From IMG/VR virus record IMGVR_UViG_3300033513_000370, positions 1-24,401 of that record: a stretch of DNA of 24,401 bases; one strand, written 5' to 3'. This DNA is from a virus (Duplodnaviria > Caudoviricetes). The notes below the pieces were generated by a model. It did no database searches. It was not told the origin of the DNA and saw only the letters and a program-made list of their open reading frames with translations. Every line of letters begins with the position of its first letter. Within the stretch, counting starts at the first letter, position 1. The translations under genes and the position numbers were made by a program. Below are positions 8,296 through 15,517 of this stretch, in pieces.

Positions 8296-8355
8296 ATTGT
8301 ATTATAAGTGTTGGGGTATGTCAACGTTGACATTATATGAAGATGCAAGTACCAT
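8296..8355. promoter_or_regulatory. back-to-back divergent promoters on a 16-bp palindrome
   Basis: ATGTCAACGTTGACAT (8318-8333) supplies both -35 boxes; -10s TACAAT (-) and TACCAT (+), each at 17 bp. Confidence 0.8.
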
Positions 8356-8383
8356 CACTCCGCACATATTATAAGGAGCTGTT

Positions 8384-8815
8384 ATGACAGTCGTATTAAC
8401 TGAAGAAGAAGCCAAAGAGGTTCTGTCGTACCTTGGCCATATCACTGTAGCCACACTGAAAGCTAAACCGTTACTCAATGAGGCAGTACAAAAGCTACTT
8501 GGCAACTCCTCAGTACCTTCAGTACCTTACGCTGCTTGTGGTACTGCATTACCACGTGATGTACTGCGTCCATTCTGTACGTACAAAATATATGTCGAGG
8601 GCAAGATAAATGCCATCAAACTAATCCATGTTCTCTCCGGTATGAGTTTGGTGGATGCAAAGCATTACTGCGACGCCAATTACTATTCTTGTGACCGAAG
8701 CTACGTGGTATATGGAACGACCAGAACACAGTACGAACTTGATGACATGGTGATCAATGCTGGTTTTGCAACTCCGCCTTCAACCCTGATAACTGTAAGT
8801 GAGGAGGGTGCATGA
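8384..8815 (+). CDS. protein with ribosomal L7/L12 C-terminal-like motif
   Basis: GKINAIKLIHVLSGMSLVDAKHYCD resembles bL12 [30 protein letters not shown] SD. Confidence 0.7.
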   Translation: MTVVLTEEEAKEVLSYLGHITVATLKAKPLLNEAVQKLLGNSSVPSVPYAACGTALPRDVLRPFCTYKIYVEGKINAIKLIHVLSGMSLVDAKHYCDANYYSCDRSYVVYGTTRTQYELDDMVINAGFATPPSTLITVSEEGA

Positions 8816-9007
8816 CTGAAAAGAAAACTGGTATGACTTTGGTGGAGTCGAATCACGAGTTTAAAGTCCAACATTGTCTATTGGACTAAACGAATGTCGC
8901 ACGAAGTGGCAGCAGAACGTGCAGAGGCAAAGTCCGAACTCACGAGATGTGAGAACCTGTTGAAGAAAACAGTAAAAGACATGGGCAAAGCTGCAGAGAA
9001 ACCGTAA
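8812..9007 (+). pseudogene. small gene split by an apparent +1 frameshift
   Basis: GAGGAGG SD + ATGA overlap gives MTEKKTGMT..., stop at 8889; +1 frame WWSRITSLKSNIVYWTKRMSHEVAAERAEAKSELTRCENLLKK...KP* is open 8837-9007. Confidence 0.5.
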
Positions 9008-9011
9008 TCGC

Positions 9012-9040
9012 TTGACTTTGTCGAGCATAATGTATATGAT
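9012..9040 (+). promoter_or_regulatory. sigma70-like promoter
   Basis: TTGACT-N17-TATGAT. Confidence 0.75.
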
Positions 9041-9049
9041 GTTCTTGTT

Positions 9050-9196
9050 ATGAAAAAACTTTTCCTCAAAATCAAGAACTTCACGTGGATAGGCCATGAT
9101 GGTTGCCGTTACGGCATCGACTGGCACTACGTCATATTTTGGATATTGCTTTTTACGACCGTTGGTCTGTACCAACACTTCTTCTGGAGACCGTAA
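9050..9196 (+). CDS. small membrane protein (48 aa)
   Basis: MKKLFLKIKNFTWIGHDGCRYGIDWHYVIFWILLFTTVGLYQHFFWRP; TAATG overlap with next gene. Confidence 0.65.
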   Translation: MKKLFLKIKNFTWIGHDGCRYGIDWHYVIFWILLFTTVGLYQHFFWRP

Positions 9197-9480
9197 TGAA
9201 ATCAATCGTTTTGTGTGCTGCAATGCTGATGTCCGCTGCCGCTTATGCAGGTGATACCAAAGTGGTCAACAGTCAGCCGACAATTGTCAAAGCTGCCTCA
9301 TACGACACAATCATGTGCCAGACCATCGACGGCATAACGTGCCTCAACATCGGTACTTACGGTGCTGGTCACGAGATCACACCACTGCAGTTCGCGCAGA
9401 AAGCTGGTTACAAAAAGGTTGTGCGTCGGTACGTGATCATGCAAGAAGGATCGCAGTACATTGCAATGGACGTCGAGTAA
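9196..9480 (+). CDS. exported protein
   Basis: signal peptide MKSIVLCAAMLMSAAAYA; GGAG SD. Confidence 0.8.
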   Translation: MKSIVLCAAMLMSAAAYAGDTKVVNSQPTIVKAASYDTIMCQTIDGITCLNIGTYGAGHEITPLQFAQKAGYKKVVRRYVIMQEGSQYIAMDVE

Positions 9481-9669
9481 TTGGCGAAACCAAACAAAAA
9501 GATGCGCCAAGCAATCAAGCTTGGCGAACAATTGAACCCGAAGCCTGAAAAGTGCATCGCGTGCAATGGCTCCGGCTATTATGATGATACCGGAAGTCCA
9601 AAATGCAGTTCCTGCAATGGAACTGGTTTAGAACATGGGAGAAAAAATGAGCTTGATAGCCACTATTAA
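9481..9669 (+). CDS. small DnaJ-type CxxCxGxG zinc-finger protein
   Basis: CIACNGSG...CSSCNGTG. Confidence 0.7.
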   Translation: MAKPNKKMRQAIKLGEQLNPKPEKCIACNGSGYYDDTGSPKCSSCNGTGLEHGRKNELDSHY

Positions 9670-10093
9670 AGCAGCACATCTGCAAGCAAGAAAAGACAAA
9701 AACGAAGTAGCCAAAAGTTTGCTCACCACTTTGGTTGGTGAAGCCGAAACGCTTGGTAAAGGCAAAGGTAATCGTGCACCAACCGACGAAGAAGTCGTCA
9801 GTGTGCTGAAAAAGTTCGAAAACAACCTGGTGGAAACCATTGGGCACCTGCATATTGCAGGCCAAGATGCCCGAGCTGACCAGTACAAGGCAGAAGTCAA
9901 TATCATTCGCTCGTTCATGCCTGCAAAACTCGCGGATGACGTTGTTGCAGCGGACATCAAAGATGTCGTAACTGCTGCAGGTTTGCCGTTCGAACAGAAG
10001 TCGATGGGTGTGGTTGTCAAGGCACTCAAAGAAAAGTATGGCCTTCAGTTTGATGGCGCCCAAGTTTCTCGGATATTCAAGACTTGGGTCTAA
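9647..10093 (+). CDS. GatB/YqeY-domain protein
   Basis: SLIATIKAAHLQARKDKN...TDEEVVSVLKK...EVNIIRSFMP...MGVVVKALKEKY...FDG matches YqeY architecture; GGAGA SD. Confidence 0.85.
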   Translation: MSLIATIKAAHLQARKDKNEVAKSLLTTLVGEAETLGKGKGNRAPTDEEVVSVLKKFENNLVETIGHLHIAGQDARADQYKAEVNIIRSFMPAKLADDVVAADIKDVVTAAGLPFEQKSMGVVVKALKEKYGLQFDGAQVSRIFKTWV

Positions 10094-10094
10094 T

Positions 10095-10223
10095 GTGCAA
10101 ACGACGCAGCTCTCACGGCCTGAACTGTTCGGGGCTGGTATTGTTGTAGGTGCAGTAGTTATAGCTCTCGTGGTTAAACTACTGTACCACTACCATTTGG
10201 GAATCTTTAAACACTGCATATGA
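10095..10223 (+). CDS. small membrane peptide
   Basis: GTG 1 nt after the YqeY stop; LFGAGIVVGAVVIALVVKLLY. Confidence 0.55.
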   Translation: MQTTQLSRPELFGAGIVVGAVVIALVVKLLYHYHLGIFKHCI

Positions 10224-10236
10224 AGGACACTCTAAT

Positions 10237-10497
10237 ATGAAAAAACTCACTATAATCGCAATGTTAGCATCTTTGGTCGCATGTACGGATTATCCAAAAG
10301 TGCCAAAAGCCGAAGAGCCTAACCAAAATCAGCAAGCCAATACAGGACAAGGTTGTGATGGCATGCCAAAGCTCACAAATGCGCAGATCGTGCGTGAGAC
10401 ACAGTATTGCCACTCCAACAACATGAAGGCCGTCCCGCTACATTGCGGAGACGATGAGCAAACTACCATTGTGCAATGTAGCCCAAAAGATGAGTGA
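10237..10497 (+). CDS. lipoprotein
   Basis: MKKLTIIAMLASLVA-C lipobox; AAGGA SD. Confidence 0.8.
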   Translation: MKKLTIIAMLASLVACTDYPKVPKAEEPNQNQQANTGQGCDGMPKLTNAQIVRETQYCHSNNMKAVPLHCGDDEQTTIVQCSPKDE

Positions 10498-10792
10498 CAA
10501 TGAACCAAGCATAGCTGAAATATGTCTTGCCAACTATTCAGCACAATTCACGGAACCACGCGAACAACCAATTACGTACTGGCAGTTCTTGCGTGAGTTG
10601 AACGAGACAACCAAGTTCCAAACACGCGAAGGAAAGTGTGTTGGTCCTGCCTCGAACTCCGAGTTAAAAAGGTGGTGTCAAAACAAAGCCGTTATTGTTG
10701 ACGGTAAAGCTGTGGCATGGGATGAAGTAGTCGTATTTCCCATTCCATCGTTTGTTTTGTTTCCAAAACGTGGTCGGATAACAATGTGGTGA
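10490..10792 (+). CDS. S4-like RNA-binding-domain protein
   Basis: ASNSELKRWCQNKAVIVDGK resembles the S4 alphaL motif SxSEARRLIxQGAVxxNG. Confidence 0.55.
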   Translation: MSDNEPSIAEICLANYSAQFTEPREQPITYWQFLRELNETTKFQTREGKCVGPASNSELKRWCQNKAVIVDGKAVAWDEVVVFPIPSFVLFPKRGRITMW

Positions 10793-10793
10793 G

Positions 10794-10985
10794 GTGCTAG
10801 TGATGCGCAATTTTGCTATTGGTATTCTGGTTGGTATAATTCTTGCACTTCTGTCAGCCATTGCGTCTGCGCTTGTTTACGCCGCAACTGATTCGGTGTA
10901 CATGGGAATAATGGTTTCCGTTCTATCTCTGCTGATCACCATTCACATCTACCAGCAAAACCAACCAGAAGAACTGGCTAGTTGA
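10794..10985 (+). CDS. two-TM membrane protein
   Basis: two long hydrophobic stretches; GAGG SD. Confidence 0.7.
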   Translation: MLVMRNFAIGILVGIILALLSAIASALVYAATDSVYMGIMVSVLSLLITIHIYQQNQPEELAS

Positions 10986-11283
10986 ACCTCATTGAACGTC
11001 TATTTCCTGGTAACTTCTTCAAACTATCACGAATCTCCTGAGCCTTCGATTTAGAAGGCTCTTTCTTTTCCGGTTTATCCTGCGGAGCACTCGTTGTATA
11101 CGTCACAGATCCGCTAGTCAGCTGATTGTTGGGACAATAGTATTGGCAATCGCTACAAGGAAATAAAGGCAAGGTTACTGTTGCTGTCTGAGTAACCTCG
11201 GTTTGGTAATTTTGTATGCATCGTTGCCCTCTCATCGTGCAGTGTGAGCAAGATGCATGGCATACTATAGTCATCGGTACCAT
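10978..11283 (-). CDS. Cys-rich hypothetical protein
   Basis: CHASCSHC, CSDCQYYC; TAATG overlap. Confidence 0.6.
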   Translation of the reverse strand: MVPMTIVCHASCSHCTMRGQRCIQNYQTEVTQTATVTLPLFPCSDCQYYCPNNQLTSGSVTYTTSAPQDKPEKKEPSKSKAQEIRDSLKKLPGNRRSMRFN

Positions 11284-11432
11284 TATAGCTCGACCTGTTT
11301 GTCTGGAAGACCCAACTGATCTATCAGAATATCTCGCAACTCTTCAGCAGTTGTGTACGAATATCGCACTCTAAACGTGTCGTAATCAGCAACAACTGCA
11401 TTTTGCAGGAGTTCTATCTTAGGATTTTTCAT
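11283..11432 (-). CDS. hypothetical protein (49 aa)
   Basis: MKNPKIELLQNAVVADYDTFRVRYSYTTAEELRDILIDQLGLPDKQVEL; AAGGA SD. Confidence 0.65.
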   Translation of the reverse strand: MKNPKIELLQNAVVADYDTFRVRYSYTTAEELRDILIDQLGLPDKQVEL

Positions 11433-11510
11433 CGTGTTCCTTCAATTCATTGGGCGTAACACGTTGACCTGTCATCCAATGCTCTTTAGTCTTTAATTTT
11501 TGCTTTGAGC

Positions 11511-11517
11511 ATAAATA
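11511..11517 (+). promoter_or_regulatory. T4-late-like promoter box
   Basis: ATAAATA 24 nt upstream of the GIY-YIG start; the same box precedes three other endonuclease-type genes. Confidence 0.65.
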
Positions 11518-11541
11518 CTGTCATACTTGGGAGAATACAAC

Positions 11542-12378
11542 ATGCAATTAGTTTACACTGTATATCAAATTACCAATACCGTCAACAAAAAGATTTATAT
11601 TGGCGTTCATAAAACAACAAATCCACACGATCGTTATTTGGGGTCGGGATTAGCTATAAAGGATGCTATCGCCAAATATGGGAGGGCAGCTTTTATTAAA
11701 GAAGTGCTTTACATATTTGAAACCCAGGAAGAGGCATATGCAAAAGAAAAGGAAATTGTAAACGAGGATTTCGTAGCAAGAAACGATACGTATAACATGG
11801 TTGGAGGCGGCTCGATTTCCGTGGATTGGACGGAAGAGAGAAAACAAGCACGTAGAGGTAGTATTGGCTATTTTAGAGGCAGAAAACATACTGAAGAAAC
11901 GAAAAAACGAATTAGCGAAGCTGGCAAAAAACGACCTCCAAATCCTGAACGCATTGCTAAATCTGTTCGCACTCGATTGTCAAGAGGACTTCCATCGTTT
12001 TGGAAGGGAAAACAACAAACAGTAGAGTCTAACAGAAAAAGAAGTCAATCTCACTTAAAAGTGGAGAAAATTGAATGTCCACACTGCCATAAACAATGCG
12101 ATCCTGGAAATGCAAAGTTATGGCATTTTGATAATTGTAAGTTGGTGAAGCTTAGAAATATTGTCACGCCAGAAACTCGGGCAAAATTATCCGCAAGTAA
12201 GTCAAGAGCAATTGTGTTGGTTGATGAAAGCGGAGTAATATGCTACACATTTCCTAATTCGCGAGTTGCAGCCGAGGTAATGAACTGTGTACGTAGCAAC
12301 ATTATACACCATAGGCGAACCGGTGGAAAACTGCTAGATAAGTACACAGTTCATTACGAAGACGAATATGTGCAGTAA
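11542..12378 (+). CDS. free-standing GIY-YIG (Seg-like) homing endonuclease
   Basis: VYQITNTVNKKIYIGVH...YLGSG...AYAKE...YN; NUMOD3-like HTEETKKRISEA; CPHC...HFDNC Zn finger; C-terminal HTH-like FPNSRVAAEVM; antisense to both flanks. Confidence 0.92.
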   Translation: MQLVYTVYQITNTVNKKIYIGVHKTTNPHDRYLGSGLAIKDAIAKYGRAAFIKEVLYIFETQEEAYAKEKEIVNEDFVARNDTYNMVGGGSISVDWTEERKQARRGSIGYFRGRKHTEETKKRISEAGKKRPPNPERIAKSVRTRLSRGLPSFWKGKQQTVESNRKRSQSHLKVEKIECPHCHKQCDPGNAKLWHFDNCKLVKLRNIVTPETRAKLSASKSRAIVLVDESGVICYTFPNSRVAAEVMNCVRSNIIHHRRTGGKLLDKYTVHYEDEYVQ

Positions 12379-12384
12379 TTTAGT

Positions 12385-12627
12385 TTACACACCATCAACT
12401 GGCCGAATATCTTTCAGCATTCGGGCATTCAGAATGCCCTCACTGTCAACAACACGCACAAACACACGATGGAGGCCATCGTTACCTTCCAACGAAGGCC
12501 AAACGTAGTATCCCACAACGGTATGAGGCACCCATTTATCCACACTGTTCAGGTGGATCAAGACAGGTGTACCGATTGCAGGCAGTACGTCACCAGAAAC
12601 TGGCTCGAGAGGTTCATTTGGTTGCAT
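12385..12627 (-). CDS. hypothetical protein
   Basis: AGGAG SD; continues the - strand operon. Confidence 0.75.
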   Translation of the reverse strand: MQPNEPLEPVSGDVLPAIGTPVLIHLNSVDKWVPHTVVGYYVWPSLEGNDGLHRVFVRVVDSEGILNARMLKDIRPVDGV

Positions 12628-12648
12628 GCTGTATCTCCTATTGTGGTA

Positions 12649-13410
12649 TCAACTTCCGCCGCATCCACCACCGCCGCCACAACCGCCACCTCCACCTCCA
12701 CCTCCACCTCCGCACGATGATCCATGACCACCGCCACTACTACAGGACGTTCCGTGACTGCTGCTATGACTACTGCTATGGCTTGGTGTTGCACTGCTAC
12801 AACTGCTTCCAGTTGTTTGTTGCTGTTGCCTTCTCACTTGTTCGGTTGCCTCCGCTGCGAAGAAGTATTCCATGCTCATTGGTGTAGTAGCCACTGCCAC
12901 AGCTCCCCACGTGCATGTCAGTTCCGTATCACTGGTAACTGTGGCTCTCAACTTGTAGTGCCATCCACGATCAGCAGGCATGATGTTTGCATCTGCTGCA
13001 AACAATGCAGGCAAGCGTTGTGGATACCTTGGACTGATGTCTTCCATTTCGCAAGCCATTTTCCACGTGTTGACCAGTTCCTCTTCCACACTTGCAGGAT
13101 TTTTACCTGCATTTGGTGTGTGATGGAAGTAGTCACCGAACACAGCTTTGCTAAATGCGTGGTACTCTCTCGAGAACAGCATGAATGCGTGCCACAGTGC
13201 ATCAACAGCTTCGCTTGGCATACCACATGGCTTGTTGATTAACAAGCACATTTCGAAGTAGTTGCGCAGGTTTCTTTCAATGATGGAACGATACTCTTTA
13301 ATGGCTGGTTCCATCAGACATGCTTTTTCCCACATTGCATCAGAGAATTTGTAGTTGCGAATGTGGTTCAGTTGCTTACGCTTCATCAACCGTCTTAGTG
13401 CGTACGACAT
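12649..13410 (-). CDS. glycine-rich-domain-containing (GRDP/DUF1399-like) protein
   Basis: PSEAVDALWHAFMLFSREYHAFSKAVFGDYFHHTP motif plus Ser/His/Gly/Cys tail ending GGCGGGGGCGGS. Confidence 0.8.
   Translation of the reverse strand: MSYALRRLMKRKQLNHIRNYKFSDAMWEKACLMEPAIKEYRSIIERNLRNYFEMCLLINKPCGMPSEAVDALWHAFMLFSREYHAFSKAVFGDYFHHTPNAGKNPASVEEELVNTWKMACEMEDISPRYPQRLPALFAADANIMPADRGWHYKLRATVTSDTELTCTWGAVAVATTPMSMEYFFAAEATEQVRRQQQQTTGSSCSSATPSHSSSHSSSHGTSCSSGGGHGSSCGGGGGGGGGGCGGGGGCGGS
12652..12800 (-). repeat. low-complexity Gly/Ser-coding repeat
   Basis: GGTGGA/GGCGGT and AGTAGC/CAT runs inside the GRDP-like CDS. Confidence 0.8.
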
Positions 13411-13419
13411 GGTTGTCCT

Positions 13420-13653
13420 TTATTCCTCATCCCCGTACCATGCTCGATAAAATTCGAGGCGGGGTTGGTACACCACAAATCCGCAGCTCGTGTCATTGGC
13501 ATAGTATTCAGCTTTGGCCATTGCTTCCCTTAGATTGTCTGTCTCAAACACAAACTCGTCGTCCATCCAATCCGGTACAAGTTCACCGTCAACATCGCGC
13601 TTAAAGTCACACGAGTGAACGGTATACTCTTTGGTGTGGGATACGTTTGCCAT
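13420..13653 (-). CDS. acidic hypothetical protein
   Basis: AAGGAGAG SD. Confidence 0.75.
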   Translation of the reverse strand: MANVSHTKEYTVHSCDFKRDVDGELVPDWMDDEFVFETDNLREAMAKAEYYANDTSCGFVVYQPRLEFYRAWYGDEE

Positions 13654-13675
13654 TTGTTACTCTCCTTATGAGGAA

Positions 13676-13861
13676 TTACTTGCAGGTTGCGATCTTGCCG
13701 TCAGGTGTGTACTTCACAGATGCACCCGAAGTGAACTGGATGTATTTCACACCATCCACGCACGTTTCGGAGCTACCCGTAAATGTTGCACCTGCGCGAT
13801 CAAAGTAACCACAACCACTCAGTGCTACTGCTACCACTACTGCTAATGCGACTTTTTTCAT
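13676..13861 (-). CDS. lipoprotein
   Basis: MKKVALAVVVAVALSG-C; GGAGG SD; CVDGVKYIQFTSG...TPDGK...C. Confidence 0.85.
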   Translation of the reverse strand: MKKVALAVVVAVALSGCGYFDRAGATFTGSSETCVDGVKYIQFTSGASVKYTPDGKIATCK

Positions 13862-14052
13862 GTTTTCCTCCATATTAAAACGTATGACCAACCAGAATCA
13901 GTTGTTACAAATTTTGTGTGCGGCTTGTAAGTTATAGGATCAACCGACATAAATGGTCGTATAATGATCACGTTAGTTGACTTCTTTATTGATGACACGG
14001 TCATGCTCAAAATTGGGGCATCCTGCATTGGGCACATGGTTGCTGCCATCAA
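13858..14052 (-). CDS. hypothetical protein
   Basis: fills the operon; ATGA overlap at the 3' end. Confidence 0.55.
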   Translation of the reverse strand: MMAATMCPMQDAPILSMTVSSIKKSTNVIIIRPFMSVDPITYKPHTKFVTTDSGWSYVLIWRKT

Positions 14053-14062
14053 CCCAACATTC

Positions 14063-14233
14063 TTATGTTACCAGATCGAGAATCATGGTGTTCGTTTTAC
14101 CGAACTCACCATATGCATCACGATAGTGCGGTTTGGTGCAGGTGAATGGCATGTGTGCGTGGTTTCCTGTAGTCATTGACACAGGCTTCTGAAAATCACA
14201 CGAATGTTCGCACTTTAGACATGGATTGATCAT
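14063..14233 (-). CDS. small Cys-containing hypothetical protein
   Basis: MINPCLKCEHSC; GGAGAG SD, ATGA overlap. Confidence 0.65.
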   Translation of the reverse strand: MINPCLKCEHSCDFQKPVSMTTGNHAHMPFTCTKPHYRDAYGEFGKTNTMILDLVT

Positions 14234-14553
14234 TCTGGACACTCTCCAACACAAAAAGCACCACCAGTATTGTTGTCGTATTGTATCACTTCATTGCCGC
14301 AAGGGCAAGGACCATTGTCACCTTCCGAGCCTGGTGCGCCATTCGAATACGCAACGCTTAGTGTGAAAATCTGGCCTGCTGGAATACCACCAGAAAGTGG
14401 TAATTCTTTGAGCTTCATGCATCGCAATGCTTCATCAAGCTCGGCCACCTTTTCTGGTGTCCAGATATCGTGTGGGACAAGTCCCATCGCCCTCATTCGG
14501 CACGGACACACAGGATCGTTTCCTTGTGGTCCCATACATGCGCAAGCTGTCAT
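14230..14553 (-). CDS. Cys-rich hypothetical protein
   Basis: AAGGAG SD; CACMGPQGNDPVCPCRM and CPCG...CVGEC motifs. Confidence 0.75.
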   Translation of the reverse strand: MTACACMGPQGNDPVCPCRMRAMGLVPHDIWTPEKVAELDEALRCMKLKELPLSGGIPAGQIFTLSVAYSNGAPGSEGDNGPCPCGNEVIQYDNNTGGAFCVGECPE

Positions 14554-14629
14554 CGCGTCTCCTTATTTCTTTTTCGGTGTGATCACAGCCTCGAACTGCT
14601 CACGCACACGTAGGTTGTTATTGTGAAGT

Positions 14630-14658
14630 ATTATACTTTACATAAATACAATAATCAA
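14630..14658 (-). promoter_or_regulatory. sigma70-like promoter facing out of the endonuclease cassette
   Basis: TTGATT-N17-TATAAT; the spacer contains the + strand late box. Confidence 0.7.
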
Positions 14659-14756
14659 CTGACAAAAAGTGCTCATCGCGGAGTTGCCACTCCCATGAGC
14701 TCTAAACATTCACCGATTAACTAAGGAGCTAACCATGCCCAGCAATTTTATTTATC
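14641..14756 (+). promoter_or_regulatory. conserved endonuclease leader cassette, copy 1 (late box, bulged hairpin, SD, opposing late box)
   Basis: CATAAATACA; GCTCAT-CGC-GGAGT-TGCC-ACTCC-C-ATGAGC; CTAAACATTC; AGGAG; TATTTATC; all colinear with copy 2 at 18171-18286. Confidence 0.75.
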
Positions 14757-15514
14757 ATTCCCTTCCCCTCGCGTATGTGTATAAAGTCACCAATAAAGAA
14801 ACAGGTGAATTTTATATAGGATCGCGTTATTCGCATGTTAGCAAAAATCGAACACCTGAGCAAGATTTTTTAGTACACTATTTCACGTCAAGTGTCACTC
14901 TAAAAGAAGACATTAAACAAAATACTTCAAAATATCAAGGAGAAATTTTATATAGATCCAACGAAACTGCTAACATCAGCGGGAATGAATCTTTTATTGT
15001 GTATTGGTATGAACAATTGTTAATTCGACAGCACATTAGCAATTCACTATGTGTCAATGGTCAATATAAAGATCCTGATACAAACACAAAATCCTTTATG
15101 ATAACAGGTGAAGCAAAACATTTAACTTATGCCAAAACCTCTACATCTCTCAAACGCTTTTATACTTCAATGACTGTCGAGGAAAAGGTAAGTCGAGGTG
15201 AAAAGATATCGAAAACAAAACAAAATAAATCAAAAGAAGAAAAAGACATATACGCTTTAAACTGTTCCATTGCCGCAAAGAAGGCGTATAACCATATATC
15301 TGCAGAAGATAGAGCCCAACGTGCACGTCGAAGAAAAGCTACAATGAGCGCTGAACAAATAACAGCAATGAGAACAAAAATGAGGGAATCATTCAAAAAG
15401 CATGTATTGATCACACATTATTGCGACTTATGCAAAAGAACAATAGGTGGTGGAAACCCTACGTGGGCTCGCCACCTAAAGTCTAAAGCTCATTTAAAAT
15501 TGCTAGGCAGCTAA
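14735..15514 (+). CDS. GIY-YIG-like homing endonuclease with C-terminal C2H2-like Zn finger
   Basis: YVYKVTNKETGEFYIGSR...YFTSS...YEQ...N; CDLC...HLKSKAH; convergent with the ligase gene. Confidence 0.85.
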   Translation: MPSNFIYHSLPLAYVYKVTNKETGEFYIGSRYSHVSKNRTPEQDFLVHYFTSSVTLKEDIKQNTSKYQGEILYRSNETANISGNESFIVYWYEQLLIRQHISNSLCVNGQYKDPDTNTKSFMITGEAKHLTYAKTSTSLKRFYTSMTVEEKVSRGEKISKTKQNKSKEEKDIYALNCSIAAKKAYNHISAEDRAQRARRRKATMSAEQITAMRTKMRESFKKHVLITHYCDLCKRTIGGGNPTWARHLKSKAHLKLLGS

Positions 15515-15517
15515 GAA

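Noticed and set aside
12652-12800. Short tandem repeats (CCACCT, CCGCCA, TGCTATGAC) as a possible array
   Set aside because: They are the codons of the Gly/Ser tail of the 12649-13410 protein; there is no repeat-spacer periodicity.
12469-13242. + strand ORFs with Thr/Ala/His repeats (12469-12720, 12567-12887, 12724-13242)
   Set aside because: Antisense shadows of the low-complexity GRDP-like gene.
14641-14734. OMEGA/HEARO-type guide RNA with an IscB/TnpB nuclease
   Set aside because: The proteins are GIY-YIG-like with no RuvC motifs, the leader is under 100 nt, and no guide-target match was seen. An RNA cofactor role remains only a hypothesis.
14641-15517. Group I intron or intein hosting the endonucleases
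   Set aside because: The ligase is complete and uninterrupted, the endonucleases are antisense to their neighbours, and there is no room for a ribozyme core.
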